From the NCBI GenBank assembly GCA_002269645.1, contig NIVC01000301.1, positions 124,001-188,000 of the forward strand: 64,000 nt of DNA, written 5' to 3'. A model generated the notes under the pieces. It was not told where the DNA came from and ran no database searches. It worked only from the letters and a program-made list of their open reading frames with translations. Within the stretch, counting starts at the first letter, position 1, and every line of letters begins with the position of its first letter. The translations under genes were made by a program, and so were the position numbers. This DNA is from Macrostomum lignano (Eukaryota). This document shows positions 1 to 12,889 of this stretch, one piece after another.

Positions 1-3000
1 TACTCTCTGGTCCTAACAAGGGCCAAGCCCAAGGCACGGTAGAAGCTGCGCGCATGTCTTACAAAGACGAGGAAGTCAGAGCCTCTGTGCTTACCTGTGC
101 TCTCGAGGATCTTGCTCAGGAGAGGCGTCGGGGTGTGGTTAGCATTGACATCCCAGTCTCGCATGAATGAAAGAAGCCTCTTCTCGACGTCAAAAGTCAC
201 TATTGCTATCAATCTTGCGTACCTTCCCAGTAAAGTTTCCTAAGGGAAAGCATTAATTATCTCTTGCACTTTCCAGATACGCCAGCTGTGAAATTGAGCA
301 CCTCCGGCTGCAATCAGAGCAGCGAGTTCTCGAGCTCGTCTAACTGCACCAAAGCCATCGACTGAGTGGCGTCGCCGGCTCTCAGCGCCTACAGCAGAAC
401 AAATTCCGGCCCTAGCTGGTGATGCGGGGCTGATTTGAGCCCTGCATCTCTGCACCAGCGATCTCAATGCGTTCTCCCTGTCAGTGGACGGAGTCACATC
501 GGTGCCGTTCTCTGTGACCAATTTCAGCTGCAATGCCTTCAGCGGCAGATCAATAATAGTGAATTTGCAGGCTGGCAAAATTGAACCTAATCATAAGCGA
601 GTTCGAAATTTATGGCTATTGATAGCAGCTGCTAACGCAAGGACAACAATGAGGAACTCGAAGATCTTCTACGCAATTGTAAACGACCTGCAACCTGAAG
701 ACTGAATTTATTTTCAGCATCTTCACCAGCAATACGTTCAACATACATTTGGTGTTAAAAAGCTGGAAAATATTTTTCTCGTAATTAAAAACCTAATGCT
801 TGACTTTCAATTGTTCACTTTCAAGTGTTCCAAGATTAAAAACGAAGATTCATCAAGATCTATAAATCTGGGTTCGAGTTCTGGATTATCTGGAGCCACT
901 TGACAAATTTCAAATGAAATGAGAAAATCTGTTTTTTAGCCACTAATCTCTCTACAAGTGTATTTTGCGACTATAAACTCTTAAATATAGGATTCAATAC
1001 TTGGTTTTGAGTAGTCTTGTAACACGATATATATTTCTCGTGCATTAAATGACTCCAGCCAATAGGCGATCACGAGCCATTTAAGCACGCTTTTAGCGTT
1101 TAATGCACGCTTTTACACATTTATATCGTGTTATAATTTTCTATCTTAGAATTGCGCCAGAGTTTCACTATTCTAGAACATTCTGTAATTCTTTTTAGGG
1201 AATTATGCGGAGTTATTTACGTTTAGAGGTCAATCTGCCCGGACGGATTCTGATTTACGATCACTCAGCCAACCTGAGTCCAGCTAGTCATCTCGGGCTC
1301 GTCAAATCAGAAAATTTGAGGAGAGTTATTATAAACTGGCTGTCATAAATCTACGAGTATTTATAGCGGCCGCTCGGCTCGCCTCCCTCACAAAACGTTC
1401 TTCCTCCACGTACGTCCCCCCGGATCAAAAACATCTGAGATCAGCGAGTACAGCAGTCGTCAAATACGAGCTAAGAGCAGCAGCAGCATCCATAAAATTA
1501 TCCATGGCGACACCCCTGAGCATCAGTATCCTGTTTGGATATCTCAGTCACTGTGGACTTCCTGGTTACGGGCAGCTTGACCCTGATTGGTTGGGCGAGA
1601 GGCCTCCTTTGACTTGCTCTATTGGGTGCACATCTTGACTAACTCCTTTTCCGGTAGCTGGATTGGATTTGCACTTTTACTTATTTGTTTATATGGAGTT
1701 CAGTAGCTTTGGGACATTGACGCTATTTTTTGAGAATTTGATAGAACTTCTAATGAATGAAATAAAAAGCTACTCAATCAAACTAAGAATGGTGCATTCA
1801 CTGCAGAGACTACTGACAAAATTGAGTTCAGTAGTTGATTTTCGCGCTGTCGCGAATAGCAAAATTTTCGCAGTTTTTATGGCCACATAGGTAGTTAATG
1901 AGTGGCCCATCTTGTGTATATATGATCTTTGCTGTGACCTGAGAAAGCCAATTTCTGTTTCGCAATGCTGACCAAGATATCGAGTGGCTTATTCACTGAG
2001 GCGAAGGTCGCAGTGGACCAAAAGAAATTCAGTTCCTAGTCATTCAACCCATCAATAAGTTAAATTCCGAAATCACACCAATCCCGCTTGTTCCGCAGCA
2101 GGAATGAATCATTTATAATTAGCTTAGAGACCGAATTAGGCTCTGAATATTGTACTGCATCAGCGCTATCTGGCGACGAGCTGACTCGGTCCAGGCCAAT
2201 TTCGTGCAGATCGATACACAAAGTATTTTCTGGGAATTCAATAATGTATTCTAATAGCACACTCAGTGGTGTATGGAGACTCGCCAGAACAAGAACTCCC
2301 CGCTAAAAGTCCTACCTGCTGCCCCTGCATGGCCAGTGCGATATAGCAGTATCCATGATATGCAGTAGTATCCCTTATGTCGACTATGACTTCGAGATAG
2401 ACAGCTAAAAGACACAAATTAGCATTTGTTAAAGTCTCGAGTAATATGAATTTTTCTAGCGCGGGCTTTTCTTCACCGAATAGGTAGGTCTACGGCCAAC
2501 CCCTTTTAGCGCTTAAATGCGTTCTCTAGAACAACACGCTCGTACTAAATGCGCTAGCGGTTACGTTCTTTACCGGCCTCTCCTGTTCAGTTCTAAGAAA
2601 ATTGATCGTATCTACTAGCGTCCTAAATCAGTTTAAAACCAAAACCATGCATTTGTCATCTGTTCTCTGTTCTGCATTCAGTAGTCCGTAGTCTGCATAC
2701 AACTCGTGCATTACAATAAATAAATGAGGTATAGTTAGCACTACGGCGAGTTTGGCGATTTTTCACGAGTTGGTTACACAAAAACGGGTCAGAAGTGTGA
2801 TAAATTAGATAATAACATTTTACTAGTTTTTATTTTAGATCCTCTAAAGATTTCTATGTGTTCGCGTGGTATTTGTTAGTGCAAACATGGCAAGCTATAG
2901 CTGCTTTCATAATTCGGTCAATTCCATTACAATAGCTTATAATCGTTCGTTCACGATCTACGAGTAATACAATTTCATGATATTACATTTTGAATTCCCT

Positions 3001-3821
3001 ACTCCAATTTATAAACTTAAGTTCTGTCTATGGGCGTTAGCTCTGACGCTGTCGTTCAGTCGCCTACGATTCTTCGTTAACTTGTAATGCATTTCCTTTT
3101 CGGTTTTAAGCAGACGTATGAATTTAACTTGATAAATTAATCTACTAAAGTACACGAATACTGGCCATTTCACCAGCATATAACAGCTATTCTTTTTACG
3201 TAAGTAGAGCCTAACACGACATGTGACTTTACTAAAACCGCCATCTGCAAAACATGCTGTGAACAAGTCGTCAACTATACTCGCGCGTGCGTTCAACGTG
3301 AACGTGTGTAATATATTTAAAGACTTTAAATACCATGTGCCATCAAGCTGGCTGGTAGTCATCGGCGGGCCGCGGCCGCTGCTCGATTAATTGTTTCCGG
3401 CGGCTGTTGGCCTGTCTGGCTTCCGGCTGCGGCCTCTGCTTGGCCACCGCTGGGCCCGCCGACCCCGCCGCCTTGCCCTGCTGCCTGTTCGCCGCCATGG
3501 CTGGCGAAGCCAACTGGCCCACCGGTCGCCTGGAATTCCTACCGGGCATCGGCGCCATCCCGCAGCGGGTCAGCAGTCGTCTTCCGCTCGGCCGCTGATT
3601 AATTCCTCAATATTGCTTTCAAATCCACGCCAAACTATAAAACATGAGTTAATTACATTCATGCTGATGTATAATGTCCTTGTGAAATGCCATCCCGGTT
3701 CTAATCTGTTTTATATTTTTATTTACCAATAAATAACTCTTGGATCAAGCTTAGCAGCCGATGAAACCGGAATAAACAAATCCTTTGCTATGCGCCCCGC
3801 CATTCCAGCCCAGAAAATCTC

Positions 3822-5003
3822 ATGCCGTCACTGTCGCCGCTCCTGATGCCGCTTGCTGCCCTGCTGCTGCTGCTGGCATCCACCGGACCTCGGGCCGCCC
3901 ACTCCGTGCCCGCAGCTGCCGGCGCCCCGTCAGCGAACAGCGAATCCGCCAGCATCGATGAGCTTCGCCGCCTCTTGGCGCTGCTGCGACCGCCGTCTGC
4001 CGTGGCGCCGCCGGCCGCTGCCCCAAGCGTGATGGCGAAGGTCGCCAGGACGTCAGACTCTCCATCTTCTCATGGCGAGCTCCGTCCGCCGACGCTGGAC
4101 GACCTCCGGTCGGGCATCATCCGGGCGCTCGTCTCGGACGCGGCCGCCGTCAGCCTGGACAAACCCGGCGTCTGGCCGGCTGTGCGCGACTTTGTCCGCC
4201 TGCTGAACTCGCACCTGTCCGCCAGGTCGCTTGAGCTCGGCCGCCTGCTCCGGCCGCTGGCCGCCTGGCTGCCTGAGGAGCCGCCGAGCCACGACCGCTG
4301 GCTGCGCGCCCTGGCCGACGCCGGCTTCCCGACGCGCCCGCCCGACGCCTGGGTCTCCTGCCGCGGCTCCAAGCCCTTCCTGCGTGGCTACCCGTGCAGC
4401 CTTTGGCAGCTGTTCCACACCCTCACAGCCGTGCGCTTCGCCACCGCCGGCGCCTCCGGCCCGCCTGTGATGCCCGTCATGCGCCGCTTCATCATCGCCT
4501 GCTTCTCCTGCCGCTACTGCGCCGAGAACTTCGACAAAGGCACCGCCGGCATGGAGGCGGAGATCGGCGCCCAGCCGGCGCCAGGCGTCGAGCTGCTTTA
4601 CCTGTGGCGGAGGCACAACGCCGTCAATAAACGGCTGAGCGGCGAGTCCTCGGACGACCCCGCCTATCCGAAGGCCCGGTTCCCGTCCGCCGCGCTGTGC
4701 TCCGAATGCGCCGAGGGTGCCGCCTCCGCGGACGCGAACGCCGCCGCATTCCTGCTTCGCTGGTACGGGCCGGGCGCCGGCTGGGCCAGCCATCCGGAAG
4801 GCGGCAGCGACTTTGTCATGCCGGCCATCAGCACCGTCGACATAATGGGCTTCTTCCGGGTCGACCTGGTCATTGTGGCGCTCTGCTTTGCCTGTGCGCT
4901 TGACGCCCTGTTGGTCGTCTGGTGTCGCCTCAGCCATAGCGCCCGCCGGCTGTGCAGGCGAGACCTATCGCCGTTCCGGCGCTCGCCCATCCCCGTCTTC
5001 TGA
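3822..5003 (+). CDS. QSOX: QSOX-like sulfhydryl oxidase (signal peptide, helix-rich region, Erv/ALR domain, C-terminal TM helix) lacking thioredoxin domains
   Basis: Single 393-aa ORF. Hydrophobic N-terminus (LAALLLLLAST). QSOX Erv-domain motifs WVSCRGSKPFLRGYPCSLWQLFHTL, redox CRYC, LWRRHNAVNKRLSGESSDDPAYPKARFP and the distal CSEC. Hydrophobic segment LVIVALCFACALDALLVVW near the C-terminus. Confidence 0.88.
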   Translation: MPSLSPLLMPLAALLLLLASTGPRAAHSVPAAAGAPSANSESASIDELRRLLALLRPPSAVAPPAAAPSVMAKVARTSDSPSSHGELRPPTLDDLRSGIIRALVSDAAAVSLDKPGVWPAVRDFVRLLNSHLSARSLELGRLLRPLAAWLPEEPPSHDRWLRALADAGFPTRPPDAWVSCRGSKPFLRGYPCSLWQLFHTLTAVRFATAGASGPPVMPVMRRFIIACFSCRYCAENFDKGTAGMEAEIGAQPAPGVELLYLWRRHNAVNKRLSGESSDDPAYPKARFPSAALCSECAEGAASADANAAAFLLRWYGPGAGWASHPEGGSDFVMPAISTVDIMGFFRVDLVIVALCFACALDALLVVWCRLSHSARRLCRRDLSPFRRSPIPVF

Positions 5004-7334
5004 CTTATTTAATAAGGTAATGTGTACTTCTACTTGTCTTCACTGTGGTCTGTTGTTGCATTTTCAGCTGGAGTAATTGTTGTTTGAGTTCCAATTTCCA
5101 ACTCTATTTGATACTTATGCTAATTGTACTTTAAAAAGAGAATTTCCACAAGCTTGGCAGAGATGTAAGACCGGGGCATCAGATTTGAAAATTTATCAAT
5201 TAAAATTGTGAAAGTGTCTTAATTTCCTTAGCTTCTTATTTAAAAAATCCTGCTACGTTTTATATGTTTTGCGTGATATTTTTGGTGCAAACATGTATCC
5301 TGCTTGAATAAATAACGTTTAATTTCCTTAAAAATAGAGCTTTACCTTCATGATTTAATAAAAATGTATGTTTTTGAATGTAGTAATAGATATTTTCTAT
5401 TCGAATTTTTCCATTCTTCTATTTTACACAATCAGGTCATACACTACACGACATGTCTTTGTTAAAACCGCCATCTGCAAAACACGGTTTAAATTTTTGA
5501 GCTGTGAACATGGCCGGCATGAACGTGTGTAGTACTTATTATCATAGAATTTAAATGCTATGCGTATGTAGTGAATTTTCCATTCTGGCCAGTAGTTTGT
5601 TTGTTTAAAAATCGAATAGCCTAAATTAGGACTGAGTAAAAATACAGTTACGTTACAGTAGGCCTATTGATCCAGGGGTTTGATCTGCATAGGCTTACCG
5701 ACAAGTGACAATACCGAAGTTATAGGGCCTGCCTACCCTAGTCTAGATATTGAAACTTAATCGATACAAACAAAACTAGCTAGAATAAAATTGGGATAAG
5801 GATGATATGCACTAAGTGAGTGCTATTTGGTCTATCTGTACTCTAATCATCTAATGCAATCAGCAGAATGCAGATAGCTGGTACAATCATTATCAATCAA
5901 TGATATAAAATCAGGCAGTCAGGTAGACCTACATATTGCATGCAAGTACATTTTTAAATACTTGATAAAATTTTCTCATGTCATTCTGAATATTTTTGAA
6001 AATATTTTATAATCTGTGATCATTAGTACTATTATGAGTATACTAGGCCTATGCCTAATATTATTTAATGCATAGGCCTAGGCCTAGCCACTATAGAATA
6101 AGATTTCTATATATTAAATTTACTGATATTTTTTATGTTATGATTAATTTAATGTGCATATTTAAGATAGCCATAGCCTATAGGCATAGTTCTAAATCAG
6201 TTTGTGCAAAAAAAGTAGATTTTAACCTCTTTAAATTAGGCCTAGCTATTTTAGTTCCTAGGTCTAGGATGTCATTTTTTACTAAAAATTCAAAGCAAAT
6301 TTAGCTTAGCCTTAGCTTAGGATAGAGCAAAGCAGGGTAGGACAAGGCAATCTCTGGCAATGTAGAAGGCAAGGCAAGGTAAAAGCCATAGTTTGGATTA
6401 TATATTAGTGTATGCCAGGTTTAATGTTGTAAAATTGATGAGACCTTGTTTATACGCTGGGTTTTCATGCCAATATAAAAAATTATCTTTGGCACAATAT
6501 TTCTACTATGTTATGCATACCAAGATATAAACTGATTTATGCCAAAAAATGATAAATACCTTGTTGTATTTGTATAGGCTTACTAAGAAATCTTAGTATA
6601 TGTGTTGCTTTCCAAACTATGGGGCAGAAGCAAGGGTAGGGATAGGTAGGGCTAGGTCAGAGTCTTAGAGATAGGGTAGGATAAAGAGCAACAAAATGGT
6701 TGATTAACATTAAAGCCAAGATATATTATCTTTTTTGGCTAATACTATAATACAATATTGATATAGAAAAAATACTAAATAACTGAATAAGATCTTAGGA
6801 CTAAAATTAGAATACTTCAAGGTACCTAAGTAGATTTTTAGTTTGAGATTCAGGGAATCAAGACATTGAGGCAGATTTTGGATCTAAGTTTTGTGGCATC
6901 AACCCTATTGGAATAAGTCTTCATTTTCAGATGCTATCCAGTGTGTTTAAGAAATTTAGCTGGTATAGGTATGAGGAGATATATATATGCACAGGTGTGC
7001 TTATATGTATGCTATGCGTATGTGTGGTGCACATGTGAGCATTGTGCATAGCCTATACTCCACTCAAAAAATGAAAAGGCAAATATACAAAACAAGAAAA
7101 GTATAATCTTACCATTCAACATTTTTAGCCAAAAAGTTTTATTATTTATTAATTACTTTTATCTTAGGCCTTTGCAATAAATACTTAGCTACCAAAATTT
7201 ATCATTACTTACAAATGTAAATTTAGTAAGGCCTAATTAAGATTTAGTATATTCTGATTACTTGCAATAAAATTTGTTAAACTACATCAATGATTTCTAG
7301 AATAACTATGGAATATAGTCAAATACTAGCAATC

Positions 7335-8400
7335 TACGCCCCCCGTTGGGGAGCCAAAGAAATGCAATACACGTTTTTTTAATAAGCTACATGTATCCTT
7401 GAAATCTTAAAAAATCTCCTATCAAACCTTGTAAGCCTTGACATGTCAGTTATCCCCCCCACAAGCTTTAACATATCAACTTCCCCCTTGACATCTCAGC
7501 CATGCCCCCAATAAGCCTTGGAAATCTAAAAATATCTGTCAACCTTCTAACCCCAACCCTAACCCTAACCCTAACCTAACCCTAAAGCATTGAAATTTCA
7601 GTAATTCTCTCTAAGAGTCATTATAGCACTACTACAGCATTATAGCGATTCCCTGCAAGCCTCGACATCGTAGGGATTCCCAAATGAATCTCTTAACTTC
7701 GACATGAAGCTTCTTTTATTTTTTACATTACGCTTTTTTAATCAGCGATCCCTCCCCTGAGGAGGCATCAAATAATGTAATAAAAAGTTTTCAATAAACT
7801 ACATGCAGCTTCTGACTTTAGCCTTGAAATCTCATTTATACCCCCGTGAGCCTTGACATCTCAGCTATTCCCCCCGTAAGCCTTAACATGTCAGCGATGG
7901 CGCCCATAAACCTTGAAATCTGAAAAATCCCCTGCTAACCTTGAAACTCGATAAAATATAACCCTCAACCCACACCTGACCTAAGCCTAACTTTAACCCA
8001 ACATAAAGCCTTGAAATCTCAGCAATTCTTCTCCCCTAAGCCTTGACATTTTAGTGATTCCCTCTTTAAGAATCACAGCACTATAACGATTTCCACCAAG
8101 CTTTGACATCGTAGCAATTCCCAAATGAATCTTTTAACTTCGACATGACTTTTCTTTTATGTATACATACGCTCGTAGTGCTACTTTTATTTTTTACATG
8201 ACTCTTCTTCTATCAGCGCCTCCCGTGGCGAGCCAACAAAGAATGCAATAAAAAAAATTGAGTAAAGTACATGAACTTTGAATTAGCTTCTGACTTTTGC
8301 TTTGACATCTCAGAAACCCCCCCCCTCGTAATCTCAGTTATTCTCTGAGAGCCTTGACGTCTCAGTTTTTCTCCCCAGCACAGCATTATAGCTGCATTTA
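7335..8400. repeat. Degenerate tandemly duplicated repeat block (about 430-450 bp period) containing short CCCTAA runs
   Basis: Recurrent motif agccttgacatctcagc. 7640-7735 matches 8080-8172. CCCTAA-like runs at about 7547-7585 and 7960-8000. An inverted fragment of the same family lies at about 10030-10110. Confidence 0.6.
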
Positions 8401-8494
8401 ATTTTTCCATGACACCTTTCATGTCTGACATGACGCTTCTTTTATTCTACTATGATGCTTCTTAATTTTTTAAATGACACTTTCATTAGTTTTT

Positions 8495-9178
8495 AAATGA
8501 CGCTTCTATGATTTTTTCATGACGCTTCTATGATTTTAACATGACGCTTCTATGATTTTTTCATGACGCTTCTATGATTTTTTACATGACGCTTGTATGA
8601 TTGTTTACATGACGCTTCTATGATTTTTTACATGACGCTTCTATGATTGTTTACATGACGCCTCTATGATTTTTTACATGACGCTTCTATGATTGTTTAC
8701 ATGACGCTTCTATGATTGTTTACATGACGCTTCTATGATTTTTTACATGGCGCTTCTATGATTGTTTACACGACGCTTCTATGATTTTTAAAATGACACT
8801 TCTATGATTGTTTACATGACGCTTCTATGATTTTTTACATGACGCTTCTATGATTGTTTACATGACGCTTCTATGATTTTTTACATGACGCTTCTATGTT
8901 TGTTTATATGACGCTTCTATGATTTTTTACATGACGCTTCTACGATTTTTTACATGAAGCTTCTATGATTGTTTACATGACGCTTCTATGATTGTTTGCA
9001 TGACGCTTCTATGATTTTTTACATGACGCTTCTATGATTGTTTACATGACGCTTCTATGATTTTTTACATGACACTTCTATGCTTTTTACATGATGCTTC
9101 CACGATTTTTTACATGACACTTCCACGATTTTTTACATGACGCTTCTATGATTTTTTACATGACGCTTTTATGATTTT
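8495..9178. repeat. 23-bp minisatellite (atgacgcttctatgattttttac / ...gattgtttac)
   Basis: Directly visible tandem array of roughly 30 units. Confidence 0.95.
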
Positions 9179-10799
9179 TTTAGTTTTCTTGGCGTTAAAA
9201 AGCTTTAATTAAAAAAACTCTACTCTCTAAAAATTTGAACCATCGTTTCTGCATTTAGCAGTTCAGTCTGTTTACCGCTAGGCTAGCTCTCATCGTTTTG
9301 TTAACATGAATTCAACACTTATAATTATAAGTTTCAAAACTCCAAGCATAGAGTAAATCACACGAGGCAGTTATTACATAATCAATTTCTCAGTCAGTCA
9401 GTATCAGTTAACAATATGGTTGCGCAATCTAAATCAAGTCTGGTGCTACGCTTCCACACTGCATTTTCAATACTGTGACGCAATTCAAGTCGGAGTTACA
9501 ATTCAGTTATGATGTAATCCATTTCAGAATCAGAATTCAACCAGTCAGTTTTTTCTCTAGCATTCTTACAATGCATTTCAAGTCGAAAAGTTTGCTTGAC
9601 CTTTGCAAAAAAGCATGTTTTTCGAATATTTAATCGCTTTAACATGGAGCAATTTCTTAGCCAAGATGCATGTACCGTCACGGGAAAATTTCTGATCGAA
9701 CAGTGCAAGTTCGAAGAAAATCGGTCCAGCCATTTTTTCTCTAATCGATTTTGTACAAACAAACAACTCATTTTTAGTATATAGGATGCTAAAAATAGTT
9801 AGTCAATATCTATCCATATAGGTAAGTAATCAATAAAAATGGCTTAACTAATTTTCTTTGAACTTATACCATTTGATAAAAAATTGGCTTAATAGAAAAT
9901 TCATAGCAAATGTGTTTGTCTATGAAATGTTTTGCTTGAATAAGGTTATTTAAAAAAACAAAAAAGAATTGGTTCTTAAGAAAATGTGCTTTTTATTGGA
10001 TTTGCATAAATACTTTTTGTTCCTTGCTTATTGGCTACCCCAAAAGGGGGCACAAGATTGTTAGATAGGAGGAATTGCTCAGATGTCAAGGCTTATAAGG
10101 GAAATTTCTAAGCTGTCAGGGCAAATATGCATCAGTCATTCATAAGTGTATTTCAATACAAGCTGACTTTTACCAACTTGCACTGAAATTTTGCTTTTAT
10201 GTACCAAATAATTGCCAAAAGAATGCCAATTTATTGACTATGCTATAGTGTATGTATATATGCATCTTGCAATGTTTTTTATTCTCTTTTTGCCATTGTA
10301 GGAATCATGCAAACATATCCCAACTTCCAATTGCAAACCCAAATTTATAAAAGATTTATCTCTAATATCCTTGTGCTCTTTTACCTTGGGGTTGCGATAG
10401 GGGCCTCGCGGCCTATTTGCGGCGCCTGCGCCCCCCGTCAGTAGTAAGTAAGTAAGTATCTCTAATATAAGCTTTTTGCTTATTTTGTTTCTTTGCCTTC
10501 TTGACTAAACTAGAATGTTTATAGTATCTTTGCTACTATGTATGTTTACAAAAATAACACAAATTTCTTGCAATTCTATGTCCGCCTATTTTTGATTTTC
10601 CAGGAACAGCTCATTATTTGTGTTAATGCAGTGTTTTTTAGTCATGCAAAAAACTGCTGCCAAATTTGCAGCTGACATCTTGCATTCAGAGTAGTAGTAA
10701 AATATCTCATTTGGTTTCTTTCATAACTTTCTGCGCTTTTCTGCTTTTCGCTATTTATCCTACTGATAATAGTAGTATTATTACAATAAGGTTGAAACA

Positions 10800-11392
10800 A
10801 TGTCCGCCCAAGCCGAGCAGCGAAAGCAGAAGCAGGCGCAGCCAGCCGGCGCATCCGCGCAAGCCGAGGCCATGGAAGAGGAGGAGGCGTTCGGGCCGCT
10901 GCCGATCGGCAAGCTGGAGACTGCCGGCATCTCTGCCGCCGATGTGAAGAAGCTGGAGGAGGCTGGGCACCACACCGTGGAGAGCCTGCAGATGGTGCCG
11001 AAGAAAAACCTACTGGCTATTAAAGGCATCTCAGAGGCCAAGGCAGATAAAATTATGGAAGTTGTTCACAAGATGTGCCCCATGGGCTTCACCACGGCTA
11101 CTGAGTTTCATCAGAAGCGGTGCGTATTCTACTACTCACCTTGTCTATTGTTGCCTAGTAGTATGATACTGTATTTTTCTGTATTGTATTTTTCTTTACT
11201 ATTTGCCCAGCAATGCGCTGATTAGAATAACAGAGACAGACACCCGAGTAAAACTGTCCCTAATATCATTTGCCTGTCTATCTGCCTGTCTGTTTGTCTA
11301 TGTGTTTTGTCTGTCTGTCTGTCTGTCTGTCTTAGTGTCTGTCTGTCTGTCTTAGTGTCTATCTGTCTTATTGTCTGTCTGTCTGTCTGTCC

Positions 11393-11474
<82 letters not shown>

Positions 11475-12889
11475 GTGTCTTTGTCCGTCTGTCTGTCTTT
11501 CTGTCTGTCTTAGCGTCTGTCTATGTGATTGTGTCTGTCAGCCTGTCTGTCAGGTGAGCGAACAGACTGGATTAACCGCCCTTAATTCCGCACTCCGTCC
11601 AGCTCGGAGATAATCCAGATCAGCACCGGGTCCAAGGAGCTGGACAAGCTGCTGCAGGGCGGCATCGAGACCGGCAGCATCACGGAGCTGTTCGGGGAGT
11701 TTCGCACGGGCAAATCGCAGCTCTGCCACACCCTGGCCGTCACCTGCCAGCTGCCTGTGGACATGGGTGGCGGCGAAGGAAAGTGCCTGTACGTTGACAC
11801 CGAGGGCACCTTCCGGCCGGAGCGCCTGCTAGCCGTGGCCGAGAGATTTGGCCTGAACGGAGCCGACGTGCTGGACAACGTGGCCTACGCCAGGGCGTAC
11901 AGCTCCGACCACCAGATGCAGCTGCTGACTCAGGCGGCCGCCATGATGACCGAGTCGCGCTACGCCCTGCTTATTGTTGACTCGGCTACCGCGCTGTTTC
12001 GAACCGATTTTAGCGGCCGAGGCGAGCTGTCCGAAAGGCAGCGGCATCTGGCCAAGTTTCTCAGGTTCCTGCTGCGGCTGGCCGACGAGTTTGGCGTGGC
12101 CGTGGTGGTCACGAACCAGGTTGGTGTGATGGGGTGGTGGTGGTGATCATAAACCAGGTTGGTGTGATGGGGTGGTGGTAGTCACGAACCAGGTTGGTGT
12201 GATGGGGTGGTGGTGGTCACGAACCAGGTTGGTGTGATGGGGTGGTGGTAGTCACGAACCAGGTTGGTGTGATGGGGTGGTGGTGGTCACGAACCAAGTT
12301 GGTGTGATGGGGTGGTGGTGGTCACGAACCAGGTTGGTGTGATGGGGTGGTGGTGGTCACGAAGCAGGTTGGTGTGATGGGGTGGTGGTGGTCACGAACC
12401 AGGTTGGTGTGATGGGGTGGTGGTGGTCACGAAGCAGGTTGGTGTGATGGGGTGGTGGTGGTCACGAACCAGGTTGGTGTGATGGGGTGGTGGTGGTCAC
12501 GAAGCAGGTTGGTGTGATGGGGTGGTGGTGGTCACGAACCAAGTTGGTGTGATTGGGTGGTGGTCGTATACAAATGCAGGCATTTGATTCATAGTCTCTT
12601 AGAGTGTCAAAAATGGCATCTTATTTTCCTAGCGAAGTCATTAATTAATTCCCTTCGTTCCCCAATCGCACAGGTTGTGGCCCAGGTGGACGGGGCCGCC
12701 ATGTTCTCGGCCGATCCCAAGAAGCCGATTGGCGGCAACATCATGGCCCACGCCTCCACAACCAGGCTGTACCTGCGCAAGGGCCGCGGCGAGTCTCGAA
12801 TCTGCAAGGTGTACGACTCGCCCTGCCTGCCCGAAGCCGAGGCCACCTTCGCCATTCTTGGCGAGGGCATCGGCGACGCCAAGGACTGA
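10800..12889 (+). CDS. RAD51: RAD51 recombinase, 3 exons: 10800-11119, 11603-12119, 12674-12889
   Basis: Spliced protein has [12 protein letters not shown]|[28 protein letters not shown], Walker [10 protein letters not shown], Walker B LLIVDS, TNQ|VVAQVDG and [25 protein letters not shown] junctions are phase-consistent. Confidence 0.97.
11271..11555. repeat. (CTGT)n microsatellite in RAD51 intron 1
   Basis: Direct observation. It produces the spurious SVCL-repeat ORFs in the track. Confidence 0.95.
12108..12565 (+). repeat. 35-bp minisatellite built from the RAD51 exon 2/intron 2 junction
   Basis: Unit gtcacgaaccag|gttggtgtgatggggtggtggtg. About 13 copies including the true junction. Confidence 0.93.

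Noticed and set aside
1-2340. Short ORFs and coding-like patches at the window start (240-578, 484-705, 2060-2260)
   Set aside because: Every frame is broken by stops and I recognise no motif. Possibly a decayed gene or transposon, but I cannot support a call.
7547-7585. Telomere-like (CCCTAA)n run
   Set aside because: Only a few degenerate units embedded in a dispersed repeat block, so not evidence of a chromosome end or fusion.
9500-9790. Possible Helentron/DINE-1-like non-autonomous element end (aaaatcggtccagcc...acaaacaaac...tagtatataggat)
   Set aside because: Resemblance only. No matching 5' end or subterminal inverted repeat could be verified.
7335-10060. Apparent TIR pair (gccccc...ggggagccaa) enclosing 2.7 kb
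   Set aside because: Homology continues outside the right-hand copy, so this is an inverted fragment of the same repeat family and not a pair of element termini. No TSD.
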